Part shown: positions 1-9,242 of the stretch, piece after piece
Numbering within the stretch: the first letter of the stretch is position 1
How the letters are laid out: every line of letters begins with the position of its first letter
Virus record (IMG/VR): IMGVR_UViG_3300031088_000758
Length of the DNA stretch: 64,000 nucleotides
DNA from: a virus
Lineage: Duplodnaviria > Caudoviricetes
Strand: one strand, 5' to 3'
Position numbers and translations under genes: made by a program
Notes under the pieces: generated by a model
What the model was told of the DNA's origin: nothing
The model's input: only the letters and a program-made list of their open reading frames with translations
Database searches by the model: none

Positions 1-18
1 TGTATTGGGTTGTGTCAT
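1..18 (-). CDS. 5' end of a gene running off the window (MTQPNT...)
   Basis: ATG at 18 preceded by AAGGAGG RBS. Confidence 0.5.
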
Positions 19-68
19 ATATTCCTCCTTAATTGATTATAAAGTTATGTTTTGTAATATCTTTAAAA

Positions 69-413
69 TCAATTATATTCGCCAATGTAGTCTTCTTTGT
101 TGATTTTTTCAATTTCATTCAGGTTTTTTCGAGAATTATTGTTTAATTCTTTAAACTCTTCTATTAATTGAATTGCTGTTGCCTTAATATCTGAAGGTTG
201 AGTTACCTCTAGCAAACTATCAGTCATATAATTGCTTGTTCTTGTATTATAGAATTCGGGCAATGGTCTGGGAATAATCGCACTGAGGATAGCTTCTTTT
301 GTGTCATTCCTCCGTAGCGACATGATCAACCATCCTTTGCCAAAATTCTCTATTTTAAAATAATGGTTTTCTGGTGGTTTTTCAATTACTAATTGCATTT
401 TTCGTCCTTTCAT
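69..413 (-). CDS. hypothetical protein (start may be 398)
   Basis: 114-aa ORF overlapping stop of upstream Nudix gene, same operon. Confidence 0.7.
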   Translation of the reverse strand: MKGRKMQLVIEKPPENHYFKIENFGKGWLIMSLRRNDTKEAILSAIIPRPLPEFYNTRTSNYMTDSLLEVTQPSDIKATAIQLIEEFKELNNNSRKNLNEIEKINKEDYIGEYN

Positions 414-1150
414 GATGATTGGCGAAGTGGTGGATAAATTTCTTTAGCATTACCTGCTTTGTAAAGTTGAGATTCTCTGCCACCTTCAATTTTTGATGAA
501 CGTTTGTCATCAACGGATTCAAGTAAGTGAGGAACGCTTTGGATTTTTCGTCTAAAGTTGCTTGGAACAATTTTTTCGCCCCAGACGATTTCGTATACTT
601 TTCTAAGTTCGCTAATTGTAAAAGTATCATCATCTAAGAAATGGTGAGCCACAGGTGCGTACTCAATTTTTGATCTGACTCGGTTTAGTCCATCTTCTAT
701 AATTGTTTTATGGTCAAATGCTAATTCAAAATCTTCAAGAACGTCTTCCACAGCAAAGAAACGCGCTTCATCAGCATCATCTCCAGCTTTAGGTGTGCTA
801 GCATGAGGAATAAGAGCTACATAGGCTGTTGATATGACGTATCCACGAGGATCCCGAACTGGGCTTCCGTATGTCTTTAATTGTTCAAGATATCCATCAG
901 CAATTTTTAAATTAGTTTCTTCGACTAATTCACGAGCAGCAGCTTCATCGAGATTTTCTTTTGTATCTACAAAACCACCAGGTAATGCCCATTTTCCTTT
1001 GTGTGGATGTCCTCCGCGCTTTACAAGAAGTATAGATAGTTGATTATTCCTGATTGTAAAGATAGCAAGATCAACAGTACCAGCAATAGTAGGATATTTG
1101 CTCATATCGTAATTTTTAAGAAACTCTTCTTCTGTGATTTCGGTGTTCAT
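410..1150 (-). CDS. nrtR: NrtR-family Nudix hydrolase/regulator (ADP-ribose Nudix + C-terminal wHTH)
   Basis: Nudix box WALPGGFV..ENLDEAAARELVEET, RDPRG, LAFDH, then FTISELRKVYE..NFRRKI wHTH. Confidence 0.9.
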   Translation of the reverse strand: MNTEITEEEFLKNYDMSKYPTIAGTVDLAIFTIRNNQLSILLVKRGGHPHKGKWALPGGFVDTKENLDEAAARELVEETNLKIADGYLEQLKTYGSPVRDPRGYVISTAYVALIPHASTPKAGDDADEARFFAVEDVLEDFELAFDHKTIIEDGLNRVRSKIEYAPVAHHFLDDDTFTISELRKVYEIVWGEKIVPSNFRRKIQSVPHLLESVDDKRSSKIEGGRESQLYKAGNAKEIYPPLRQSS

Positions 1151-1180
1151 TGTAATTCTCCGTATCTTCGATTTATCTGA

Positions 1181-1705
1181 TCAGTATACTTTAGTTTTGT
1201 TAATAATATTGTCTTTGTTTAAAATCCAGAAATTTGCTTGTATGTATCGAGATTTTTCAACTTTAAAAATTCTTTTCCATGATTCTTCTTTAAGGTTTCC
1301 AGTAAGATTGAAATAATATTCGAAGGATTCTTCATCATCCTCATTTTCTGGGATACCTATGTCGTTTAACACATAATGCCATTTGTCAAAGTCAGATAAT
1401 AAAACTTCTTTATCAGGTATTTCAACTTCTAATATGTAATCATTTTTTGTCAAATTTTTGTAATATGAAGTTCTTCTATCTATTTTATAAGGTTTTCCAC
1501 GATAAGTGTGCCATGCCCATATAGGATAGGTTATTTCTTCGTTGCTTTTGGGAATTGAAGAATTCATTATTTTGGATAACCATTTATAAGAGTTTTCAAA
1601 TTCGCATTCTTGAATAAGTTCTGATTTTTCTGGATCACATATGAAATAATTCTTTTCATCAATTTCTTGAATTACTGCTTCGGGTTGAATAGTGAATAGT
1701 CTCAT
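1181..1705 (-). CDS. DUF3841-like protein
   Basis: LFTIQP, YPIWAW, LEVEIPDKEVLLSDFDKWHYVLN motifs. Confidence 0.7.
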   Translation of the reverse strand: MRLFTIQPEAVIQEIDEKNYFICDPEKSELIQECEFENSYKWLSKIMNSSIPKSNEEITYPIWAWHTYRGKPYKIDRRTSYYKNLTKNDYILEVEIPDKEVLLSDFDKWHYVLNDIGIPENEDDEESFEYYFNLTGNLKEESWKRIFKVEKSRYIQANFWILNKDNIINKTKVY

Positions 1706-1887
1706 TCTAAACCTCCGTCATCAATACCTTTCCAGTAGGGTATTGATGATTGCGATTTTATTTCTTCATGCCATTTTATATGTTGTTTTCGAGCGGGAGT
1801 TATTGATCCACATATCAAACATATGAACAGCTTAGTTTCTTTCTCCGTTTTTGGGTTTATCTTAGGAAGTTCTTTAAACTCAACCAT
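1702..1887 (-). CDS. small C2H2 zinc-finger-like protein
   Basis: CLICG...HIKWH; stop overlaps next start (ATGA). Confidence 0.55.
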   Translation of the reverse strand: MVEFKELPKINPKTEKETKLFICLICGSITPARKQHIKWHEEIKSQSSIPYWKGIDDGGLE

Positions 1888-1902
1888 ATCACAATCACAA
1901 CC

Positions 1903-2448
1903 TTATTCGTTATTCATTTTCCTATTATCATCAATTTTTTGTTGAATCTCTTTGTAGATTTCAGGATCAAATTCAGGAATATTTAATTCATGGTTTTTGA
2001 AAATATTAGTTCTTTCTTCCATTATAAGTATTTCTTCATGTGCTTTTTGTACATTGTTAGCAAGCTCAAAAGATTGTCCAAAGTTTCCTTCGTTAACGTA
2101 TTTAGTGTATTGCGCGAATACTTCATTAAAATTATTCAATGTTTTTTCAGAGTCAAGTTTAGGGTCATAATTGATATGAATCAAAACTTGTTTAACAGCG
2201 TCTTCTTTTACCCCAGAAGCACCATTCGGTAGTCTTACTATTTGTTCTAGTCCATGTTTTGCAATTAGTGGTTTGAGAAGGTGTGGAAAATTAGTTTCTT
2301 CATTTGGAAAAGTATCAATGTTTACACCTATCCATCCACAGGAACAAGAAGGATGGTATTGAGGAGGTTCTCCCCATCCAAGTACATTTATAACTGCTTT
2401 GTGCTGAGAATCGTTGCTTATGTATTCATTGTTGGACATTTTTACCAT
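1903..2448 (-). CDS. hypothetical protein
   Basis: 181-aa ORF in operon; HPSCSCGW motif. Confidence 0.7.
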   Translation of the reverse strand: MVKMSNNEYISNDSQHKAVINVLGWGEPPQYHPSCSCGWIGVNIDTFPNEETNFPHLLKPLIAKHGLEQIVRLPNGASGVKEDAVKQVLIHINYDPKLDSEKTLNNFNEVFAQYTKYVNEGNFGQSFELANNVQKAHEEILIMEERTNIFKNHELNIPEFDPEIYKEIQQKIDDNRKMNNE

Positions 2449-2470
2449 CCTTCTTGTTCCTGTTTTATGC

Positions 2471-3046
2471 TCAGATTACTTTAATGCCGTTTTCAGGAAG
2501 ATCGTAATCTAATGAGTTATCCACTCGATCTGAATCAATCCCCACAGTATAATCAGACCAAACAGTTGTATTAAATCCTTCTTGAGCTGCATCAAGAGCT
2601 GTAGCTTTTACACAATGCTCAGTAGCAATTCCTACAACAGTTACATCAGATACTTCAAGGACACGAAGAACTTCGGTTAGAGTTTGTCCCTCTACTGTCT
2701 GTCCCTCAAATCCTGAGTAAGCAGCTTCGTACATTCCTTTACGAATATTGATATGAGGAACAGATTCTAAAGCCTTCTGTAAAACTGGCACAATTTCTGA
2801 GCCTTTTTCTTCGGCAACACAATGAACCGGCCAGGTGTCCACAAAATCAGGATTCTCGGAGAAATGTGTTCCTGGGTCAATATGCCAGTCTTGAGTAACT
2901 ACAATGTGATCAAACATCTTTTGGAAAGTGTGAGGAACTTTGTCTGCTAAACGCTCAGCAACAAGTGTTCCACCATCAACAGCCAATGAACCACCCTCAA
3001 CAAAATCATTTTGGACATCTACAATAATAAGCGCATTTTTAGTCAT
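2471..3046 (-). CDS. pncA: nicotinamidase/pyrazinamidase
   Basis: ALIIVDVQNDFVEGGSL, QDWHIDPGTHFS..WPVHCV, KG..AYSGFEG, GIATEHCVKATA. Confidence 0.95.
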   Translation of the reverse strand: MTKNALIIVDVQNDFVEGGSLAVDGGTLVAERLADKVPHTFQKMFDHIVVTQDWHIDPGTHFSENPDFVDTWPVHCVAEEKGSEIVPVLQKALESVPHINIRKGMYEAAYSGFEGQTVEGQTLTEVLRVLEVSDVTVVGIATEHCVKATALDAAQEGFNTTVWSDYTVGIDSDRVDNSLDYDLPENGIKVI

Positions 3047-3096
3047 GATAATTTATCTCCTTTTTAAATTAAACAATAATATATTTTTATATTTTC

Positions 3097-3321
3097 TTAC
3101 ATTTCTTCGATGTAGTCATCCATATAAGACCTAAGCAAACTCAAATCAGAACGTAAATTTTCGTATTTTTCTGTAATTTGTTTAACAAGTTCAAAGAATT
3201 CTGGGTTCTCTTCTTCTTCAAGCATTGTATGATTCATACCGTATTCTGTAAAACCATAATCTATACCTTCATATTCAAGTTTGCTACAGAAGTCTCGAAC
3301 ACTCATCTTTGCATCATTCAT
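3097..3321 (-). CDS. hypothetical phage-like protein
   Basis: 74-aa ORF coupled to upstream gene. Confidence 0.65.
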   Translation of the reverse strand: MNDAKMSVRDFCSKLEYEGIDYGFTEYGMNHTMLEEEENPEFFELVKQITEKYENLRSDLSLLRSYMDDYIEEM

Positions 3322-3851
3322 TGAGTCAGCCTCTCCTTCGTCCAGTCAATAATCTTTACAATATCCTTTTTAGTAAGCCCCACACGTCCATTCGTATGAA
3401 TAATTAATGGTAGCTCCCTAAAATGACCTCTGATGTAATCACCCCAGAAGAAAGGTGCTAAATCATCAATCCAAATAAAAGGACGAGGGTTTTTAGCTTG
3501 ATCTTCTAGAATATATTCAGCTTTCCAACGAGTCCACTCCATCTTGCTTCCAGCATCTTTGTTAAGAACTGCTTCAGTGTGTTCAGAAAGGTTCTTAAAT
3601 CCCATGATTTCTGAAGCTTGTACAATGTTGCTACCATCATTCCAAGTAGTATGCCAAACAAAATCATACAAACCTGTTTCCAGTAGTTCAGACATGCTCT
3701 TCACAACCTCTGGATTCCACTTGATTTCATCCTTGTTTCGTAGAAAATGACTATTTTCAATTTCAATGGTTGCTGAAGCGGTTGCTGAACTATCAGAAAC
3801 GTTAAAGACACCATCAAAATCAGAATAAATAACAATCTTAGCAGATTTCAT
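3318..3851 (-). CDS. HAD phosphatase, Swiss-army-knife RNA-repair type (HAD_SAK-like)
   Basis: DFDGVFN motif I, WHTTW, RWK, PFIWIDD motif IV. Confidence 0.8.
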   Translation of the reverse strand: MKSAKIVIYSDFDGVFNVSDSSATASATIEIENSHFLRNKDEIKWNPEVVKSMSELLETGLYDFVWHTTWNDGSNIVQASEIMGFKNLSEHTEAVLNKDAGSKMEWTRWKAEYILEDQAKNPRPFIWIDDLAPFFWGDYIRGHFRELPLIIHTNGRVGLTKKDIVKIIDWTKERLTQ

Positions 3852-3970
3852 TTTTTAAATCCTAACATTTTAAAATTACGTATGAAAGGATTATAACATT
3901 AATTAGAGTTAAAAGTCAAACTGATTATTAGGATTATATGTTGTTAAAATCGAACTGAACAGTTTCAACA

Positions 3971-4174
3971 TCATCTTCCATAATAACCATCCGCTTTTTC
4001 GATTTTTATTGAAGTGTACCACTCACCTTCTCTGTCTTTAACCAATATAGCTTTGGTTGTACTATTTAAATCAACTGTAACAGATGAAATTGAAGAATCT
4101 GTTTCTTTCAGCTTTTGTGCAGTATTTAAAAGGTTCTCAATTTGATCTATTGTAATCTTCCCTGAATCATTCAT
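3971..4174 (-). CDS. hypothetical protein
   Basis: 67-aa ORF overlapping pncB end, RBS AGGAG. Confidence 0.6.
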   Translation of the reverse strand: MNDSGKITIDQIENLLNTAQKLKETDSSISSVTVDLNSTTKAILVKDREGEWYTSIKIEKADGYYGR

Positions 4175-5489
4175 TGTTGTCTTCTCCTAACAAAGTAGCC
4201 TCAAAAGCGCTTTCTCCGGCTGATGTGAGCTTTGCTTTTAGTGGCAAAGTATCTAATGTTTCTTTATGTAATTTTCTTGATTCTTCAATTGTCGGAATAT
4301 GAAAGTTTCCATTTTCTGCATAAACAATCTGTAATTTTTTGATTGTTTCAGTTTCTTCAATTTCATTAAAAGTGAAAAATTCTTCAAGAATGATTCCATT
4401 AGAATCATACTTACGGTAAGCGTTTTTAAATCCGCCTACTGATTTTTTCCCACTAGCTTTTTTGGCTACTGGTGTCATGTTCCCTGATTCATCTTCTCTT
4501 TCAACTAATTTAAAAACCATTCCAGCAGTAGGATGCCCTGATCCGGTCACAACACGTGTTCCAGCACCTACTTTATCTACTGGTGTTCCATTGTCTAAAA
4601 GTTCAGAAATAGTGAATTCGTCAATGTCTGAAGAAAGTACAATTTTAGTATTCACAGCACCAAGTTCATCAAGGAGTTTTCTTGCTTTAATGGTTTCTTC
4701 GCGCAGATCACCTGAGTCAATTCTAATGCCTCCAAGATTTGAACCAGCTACTGCTACGGCGTTGCGAATTCCTTGTTGAATGTCATAAGTATCCACTAGA
4801 AGAGTAGTAGATACACCTAATGCCTCTACCTGTGCTTTAAATGCTTCTACTTCATCTTTAAACGCAAGAGTAAAAGCATGAGCACTAGTTCCTGAGACGG
4901 GGATATTATATTTCATCCCCGCTTCTACGTTAGAAGTAGTGTCAAAACCAGCAATATAAGCTGCTCTTGCTGAGTCAACAGCTGCAATCTCATGAGTTCT
5001 CCTTGAACCCATTTCAATAAGAGGCATTCCTGAAGCTGCAACTACCATTCGAGAAGCTGCGCTCATCACAGCTGAGTCGTGGTTTAAAATAGATAACAAA
5101 ACTGTTTCGAGAAGAACAGAATCCCCAAAAGTTCCTTGAACAGTAAGAACAGGGCTGTTAGGGAAGAATACATCACCTTCCCTGTAGCCAATGATTGTTC
5201 CTTTAAAAGAGTAGTTTTTAAGGTAGTCAATTGTTTCATCTTTGACAACAGGGTTACTTTGTAGGTATTTTAATTGTTCATCCGTAAATGTAAAATTTTT
5301 GACAGCAGAAATAGCTCGGTTAATTCCTCCTACTACACCATACCTTCTGCCTGATGGTAGCCTTCTAGCAAACAAATCAAACGTTGCTTTTTCGTAAGCT
5401 TTTCCTGAAATAATTGCTGCTTGAAGCATAGAAATTTCGTAAAAGTCCGTAAGCAAAGCTGTACTTGTACTGTGATTTTGGTTAATCAT
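4167..5489 (-). CDS. pncB: nicotinate phosphoribosyltransferase
   Basis: LLTDFYEISM, EMGSRRTH, GTSAHAF, LLVDTYD, IRIDSGD, GAGTRVVTGSGHPTAGMVFKLV. Confidence 0.95.
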   Translation of the reverse strand: MINQNHSTSTALLTDFYEISMLQAAIISGKAYEKATFDLFARRLPSGRRYGVVGGINRAISAVKNFTFTDEQLKYLQSNPVVKDETIDYLKNYSFKGTIIGYREGDVFFPNSPVLTVQGTFGDSVLLETVLLSILNHDSAVMSAASRMVVAASGMPLIEMGSRRTHEIAAVDSARAAYIAGFDTTSNVEAGMKYNIPVSGTSAHAFTLAFKDEVEAFKAQVEALGVSTTLLVDTYDIQQGIRNAVAVAGSNLGGIRIDSGDLREETIKARKLLDELGAVNTKIVLSSDIDEFTISELLDNGTPVDKVGAGTRVVTGSGHPTAGMVFKLVEREDESGNMTPVAKKASGKKSVGGFKNAYRKYDSNGIILEEFFTFNEIEETETIKKLQIVYAENGNFHIPTIEESRKLHKETLDTLPLKAKLTSAGESAFEATLLGEDNNE

Positions 5490-5529
5490 TTTTTCTGCTC
5501 TCTTCTATCTTAGTTATAAGTTGTTGTTA

Positions 5530-5901
5530 TTATTCAACAATCTCTTCCAGGTCAAAAATCGTATTAAAATTCAGTAATTTATTTTGTATCATAATTTTGT
5601 GAATTTTATGTAATGTTTCCATGTCAATATTGTTTTCTTTAAGGCTTTCTTGAGTTTTTCGTATTTTCTTTACTTTGTCAAGATGGCGCTTATGTTCTGA
5701 ACCTTCTATGGTCCATTTACCAGGTTTATCTACTTCGTAAAACCAGCCGCATTGGTCTTCGTGATGAAGCTTGCATTTTTTCTCATGTAGAAGTTCAGCA
5801 AGCTCTTCATCGGAAAATTCCCTAAGCATTATGCTTTTTCGCTGTTCCATCAAAGTCTTGATTTGCGCATCTAATTGGCTGACTTGTGGATTGTTGTTCA
5901 T
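5530..5901 (-). CDS. small His/Cys protein, paralog A
   Basis: ATG after AAGGAG; LHEKKC..HH..CGWFYE..W..H. Confidence 0.7.
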   Translation of the reverse strand: MNNNPQVSQLDAQIKTLMEQRKSIMLREFSDEELAELLHEKKCKLHHEDQCGWFYEVDKPGKWTIEGSEHKRHLDKVKKIRKTQESLKENNIDMETLHKIHKIMIQNKLLNFNTIFDLEEIVE

Positions 5902-5905
5902 TGTT

Positions 5906-5943
5906 TTCTCCTTGTTCTTTAACCGGCGTAAGAGCAACCCGGA
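5906..5943 (-). repeat. 38-bp identical leader repeat, copy 1 (hairpin + RBS)
   Basis: TCCGGGTTGCTCTTACGCCGGTTAAAGAACAAGGAGAA, identical at 6268-6305. Confidence 0.9.
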
Positions 5944-5957
5944 AAATATTTTCGTTT

Positions 5958-6263
5958 TTAAAGTGCTTTAATGATAGAAACTATTGTTTCAAAATCAGAG
6001 ATTTTCAAAAGTTCTTGTGCCTTGGACAAATATGTTTTATGAGAATATTCTCTCCAATCATGAATTTCATCTACAATTCCATAATACCAGGAGCATTCTT
6101 CGGTATGGTCAGCATTGCATTTGCACTGTTTGTCATGAATATAGACCGCTAATTGCTGATCTTCCTTCATGTTAGTGATTTCTTTACGTCTTTTCTTAAG
6201 GTTCTCAACTGTTTTCTGCGCTTCGTTGATAGCGTCATCTAGATCGTTTATGTTAAAAGTCAT
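5958..6263 (-). CDS. small His/Cys protein, paralog B
   Basis: ATG after AAGGAG; IHDKQC..H..CSWYYG..W..H. Confidence 0.7.
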   Translation of the reverse strand: MTFNINDLDDAINEAQKTVENLKKRRKEITNMKEDQQLAVYIHDKQCKCNADHTEECSWYYGIVDEIHDWREYSHKTYLSKAQELLKISDFETIVSIIKAL

Positions 6264-6267
6264 TATC

Positions 6268-6305
6268 TTCTCCTTGTTCTTTAACCGGCGTAAGAGCAAC
6301 CCGGA
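6268..6305 (-). repeat. 38-bp identical leader repeat, copy 2
   Basis: identical to 5906-5943. Confidence 0.9.
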
Positions 6306-6386
6306 TGTTTTTAGTTCTAATGTTTATATCATACATTATAACAATTTAAATATCAAGTTGATACTTAAAATCGTGTCTTATATCAC

Positions 6387-6432
6387 AAATAAGGGAAAAA
6401 CAGACTACCAAATTACTGTTTTTCCCTTATTT
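6387..6432. terminator. inverted repeat, probable intrinsic terminator
   Basis: AAATAAGGGAAAAACAG / CTGTTTTTCCCTTATTT. Confidence 0.7.
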
Positions 6433-6461
6433 GCTAGGACTTAATTGATTTATACCGCTTT

Positions 6462-6809
6462 TCAGTTGTAATCAATATATGAAGAGATTTCACCAACTGG
6501 AAGAAGATCTAATGACTCTTCAAAAGTTTTTCCTGCCAACTCTTTAAGTGTAGGAAGTTTTTCATCAACTCCAAAACTGTCATCAAGATCATACCAACGT
6601 GAAAGGTTTTCGTCTTCACCAGAAACATTCAAAAGATCTAGAATTTCAGTTTCGGAGTAAACTTCACTGGAATCATTGTCATAGAACACAATTCCACCCC
6701 GTGATCCATACTCAGTTCCCCCAAAAATTACTAGAGACTGGAGCACAACAAAGTCAGGTGTGTAGTCATACTTTGGTTCAATAGCCATAATTTTCACATT
6801 CTCCTTCAA
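6462..6809 (-). CDS. hypothetical acidic protein
   Basis: 115-aa ORF; start uncertain. Confidence 0.6.
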   Translation of the reverse strand: MKENVKIMAIEPKYDYTPDFVVLQSLVIFGGTEYGSRGGIVFYDNDSSEVYSETEILDLLNVSGEDENLSRWYDLDDSFGVDEKLPTLKELAGKTFEESLDLLPVGEISSYIDYN

Positions 6810-6875
6810 AAGATTTTCAATATTAGTGACATTATCTTATCATGTAGGTTCTTAAAAATCAAGTTTTCAGAAAGA

Positions 6876-6911
6876 AAAATAGCAACTAAGGCTAAAATTA
6901 GTTGCTATTTT
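6876..6911. terminator. inverted repeat, probable terminator
   Basis: AAAATAGCAACTAA / TTAGTTGCTATTTT downstream of DivIVA-like gene. Confidence 0.6.
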
Positions 6912-6941
6912 CTATCTATCAGGGATTATGTTAATTAAAAA

Positions 6942-7502
6942 TCAGTTACTTTTTTTAACACTATCAAGATCATATACTTCTGAGGAATCTTCAGTTTCAT
7001 CTTTTTCGGCTTCCTCATTAGCTTCATGATCTTTTGAATCTTCTAATTCTAATTTTGTATCAGAAGATTTAAAAACCTCAGATTCAAGCTTGTTATCATC
7101 ATCATCCACTTCTACTGTGCCAGAGTCTTCTACTTTAAGTATAGAAGCAGCTACATCTACAATTCCTTGTAAGTCTTTTCTGTATTGTGCTTCAAATGCT
7201 TGGAGAAGCGCAATTTGAGTCTTTTGTGCTTCAAGCTGAGCTGCAGATTCCTGAATTAAGTTTGCAGCTTCAATTTTTGCTTGCTCCGTTTTTTCAGTGT
7301 GAACTTTTTCAGCTTCTTCAAGCAAACGAGAGGCTGTTGCTTCAGCATCACTAAGTATCTTATGGGCTTCTACTTCTGCTGTCTCAATTAACTGGTCATG
7401 TTTAGCTTGTCCTTCTTCTACGTGCTCATTGTATATCCTTTGAGCAAGTGCTAAAACACCTTCTGCTGATTGTCCTGATCCTACATTAGCGGGTTCTGTC
7501 AT
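6942..7502 (-). CDS. truncated DivIVA/Wag31-like coiled-coil protein (C-terminal region only)
   Basis: SAEGVLALAQRIYNEHVEEGQ..EA..I..AE and L.AFEAQYRKDL resemble actinobacterial DivIVA C-terminus; no N-terminal DivIVA motif. Confidence 0.7.
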   Translation of the reverse strand: MTEPANVGSGQSAEGVLALAQRIYNEHVEEGQAKHDQLIETAEVEAHKILSDAEATASRLLEEAEKVHTEKTEQAKIEAANLIQESAAQLEAQKTQIALLQAFEAQYRKDLQGIVDVAASILKVEDSGTVEVDDDDNKLESEVFKSSDTKLELEDSKDHEANEEAEKDETEDSSEVYDLDSVKKSN

Positions 7503-7651
7503 GTTTTCTCCTAACATTGATAATACATTAGCTAATGTTTTTAATATCGACTTTTGTTGACTTTTAAAAAAATAACTCCATCTTAAAGCATGTTTTAAAA
7601 GAAAATGTTTTTGGTTTTTATAAATTTATATTAATAACAAAATAGGTGAAT

Positions 7652-7681
7652 TTGACAGCATCAGTTTTTTTGTTGTATAGT
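7652..7681 (+). promoter_or_regulatory. sigma70/SigA-like promoter
   Basis: TTGACA-N18-TATAGT upstream of RNA ligase. Confidence 0.55.
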
Positions 7682-7721
7682 AATAGCATAATGTTAATCT
7701 ATGAGAGGAGAGTGTTTTGCG

Positions 7722-8363
7722 ATGAATAATCTTTATAAATATCCGCGTACACCTCATCTCCCTTCTTCACTTGGCGCAACTTCAGATGATAAGTATGCTT
7801 CAAAGGAAACTATTGATTTTTTGAAGAGTGGAGTAGAACTTGTAGTTACAGAGAAGCTTGATGGCGGAAATCTTACTTTTTATCGTGATGATTTCCATGG
7901 TCGTTCGCTGACTTCAGGAACTCACGCTTGGGATACTGCTGCTAAGGCTCTTTGGTCCTCTGTGCGACTTGAAATTCCTGTGGGTTGGCGTATCAGTGGA
8001 GAGAGTCTTTACGCTAGAAGAAGTGTTCCTTATGACAACCTACCAGGTGTATACATGGTTTTTGGTATTTGGAATGAGAATAATGAACTAATTTCTTGGG
8101 ATGATACTGTTGAATGGTGCGAAATGCTTGATCTTCCACATGCTCCTGTTCTTTACAGAGGCAACAACTTTGACGAGGCAATAAACATTTGGAGCAAGAC
8201 TCTTAATGATTCAGTTTCTGAAGGCTTTGTTCTTCGTAATTCGGAAAGCTTTACTTATGAAAACTTTGCTAACAATATAGCTAAGTGGGTCAGAAAAGAT
8301 CATGTGAGAACTTCAGCAGATTGGAGGCACCGCTCAGATTTTGCGGTTAATACCTTCCAATGA
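7722..8363 (+). CDS. RNA ligase family protein
   Basis: KYPRTPHLP, motif I TEKLDGGN, ISGESLY, EGFVLR, AKWVR; RBS AGGAG. Confidence 0.88.
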   Translation: MNNLYKYPRTPHLPSSLGATSDDKYASKETIDFLKSGVELVVTEKLDGGNLTFYRDDFHGRSLTSGTHAWDTAAKALWSSVRLEIPVGWRISGESLYARRSVPYDNLPGVYMVFGIWNENNELISWDDTVEWCEMLDLPHAPVLYRGNNFDEAINIWSKTLNDSVSEGFVLRNSESFTYENFANNIAKWVRKDHVRTSADWRHRSDFAVNTFQ

Positions 8364-8374
8364 TAAAAACTAAG

Positions 8375-8418
8375 GTAATCCCGGAACAATGTATTTTTAG
8401 CTATTGTTCCGGGATTAC
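8375..8418. terminator. bidirectional terminator
   Basis: 16-bp perfect IR between convergent genes. Confidence 0.75.
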
Positions 8419-8448
8419 TTTATAATTCTAATGAAGCAGATCTTTTAA

Positions 8449-8997
8449 TCAGTTAGAATAGAAAAGTTGTAATTCTTCGATTGCTTTATCAAATTTGTCA
8501 ATATGCCCTGAATAGAAATAAACAAGAGCCTCAACAAGATTAAACCACAAAGCTAAACTACCAATTTTGGGAAGATTCCACACGTCAAAGCTCGTGTCTG
8601 ATTCAAAAATACTTTTACCATTCTTAATAAGCGAAAACTCGTTGCGTACAAAAAGGTTAAGAATTGATACAGATTTGTCCCGGCTGCAAGCTCCACCTTC
8701 AAATTGACTAATATGAAATTTAACGAAATTGTCAATAGTAGAGATATGTTTATAAACTGATTTAATGCGCCAAGCTTCTCGGCTGTCAGTTTCTCTTTCT
8801 ATTAAAGCATCAATGATTGTGTCCATCTTTTTCGATTGCTTATATGAATAGCGTTCAAAATTGCTTATAGATGGAAATTTTTCAAATTCTTCAAACGCAA
8901 CAGCAATCTCTTCTTGATACTCAATAAAATCTCTTTTTCGAAAAGTTTCTGACATGGATGTAAGAAGTTCTTCAAGTTCGTTATTAATGTTTTCCAC
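8449..8997 (-). CDS. hypothetical protein
   Basis: 182-aa ORF. Confidence 0.7.
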   Translation of the reverse strand: MENINNELEELLTSMSETFRKRDFIEYQEEIAVAFEEFEKFPSISNFERYSYKQSKKMDTIIDALIERETDSREAWRIKSVYKHISTIDNFVKFHISQFEGGACSRDKSVSILNLFVRNEFSLIKNGKSIFESDTSFDVWNLPKIGSLALWFNLVEALVYFYSGHIDKFDKAIEELQLFYSN

Positions 8998-9242
8998 TAT
9001 ATACTCTTTTCTTTGTTCCTCTACAAGTGTTACCAGGATAGCTTTAACAAACTATTGTAGCATATGACTGTAGGAGTAGTCAATTTTCTTCGAAAGTTTA
9101 GTTCTATCATGACAAAACAAATAGTTCATTAACTATTCCGTAGCAAACTAGGCCAAACAGGCATGAATATGGATAAAGCTTGTTTCAACCTGTTTAAACA
9201 GCTATTTCTTTATCTTTGTAGGATCTTGACTGTGATAATGAA

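Noticed and set aside
5902-6299. Shared MLLRRLKNKEK N-terminus of two ORFs as a peptide tag
   Set aside because: It is the translation of the 38-bp leader repeat from a TTG. The AAGGAG RBS inside it points to the downstream ATGs.
5906-6305. 38-bp direct repeats as a CRISPR array
   Set aside because: Only two copies, separated by a 324-bp gene-containing interval, and no cas genes.
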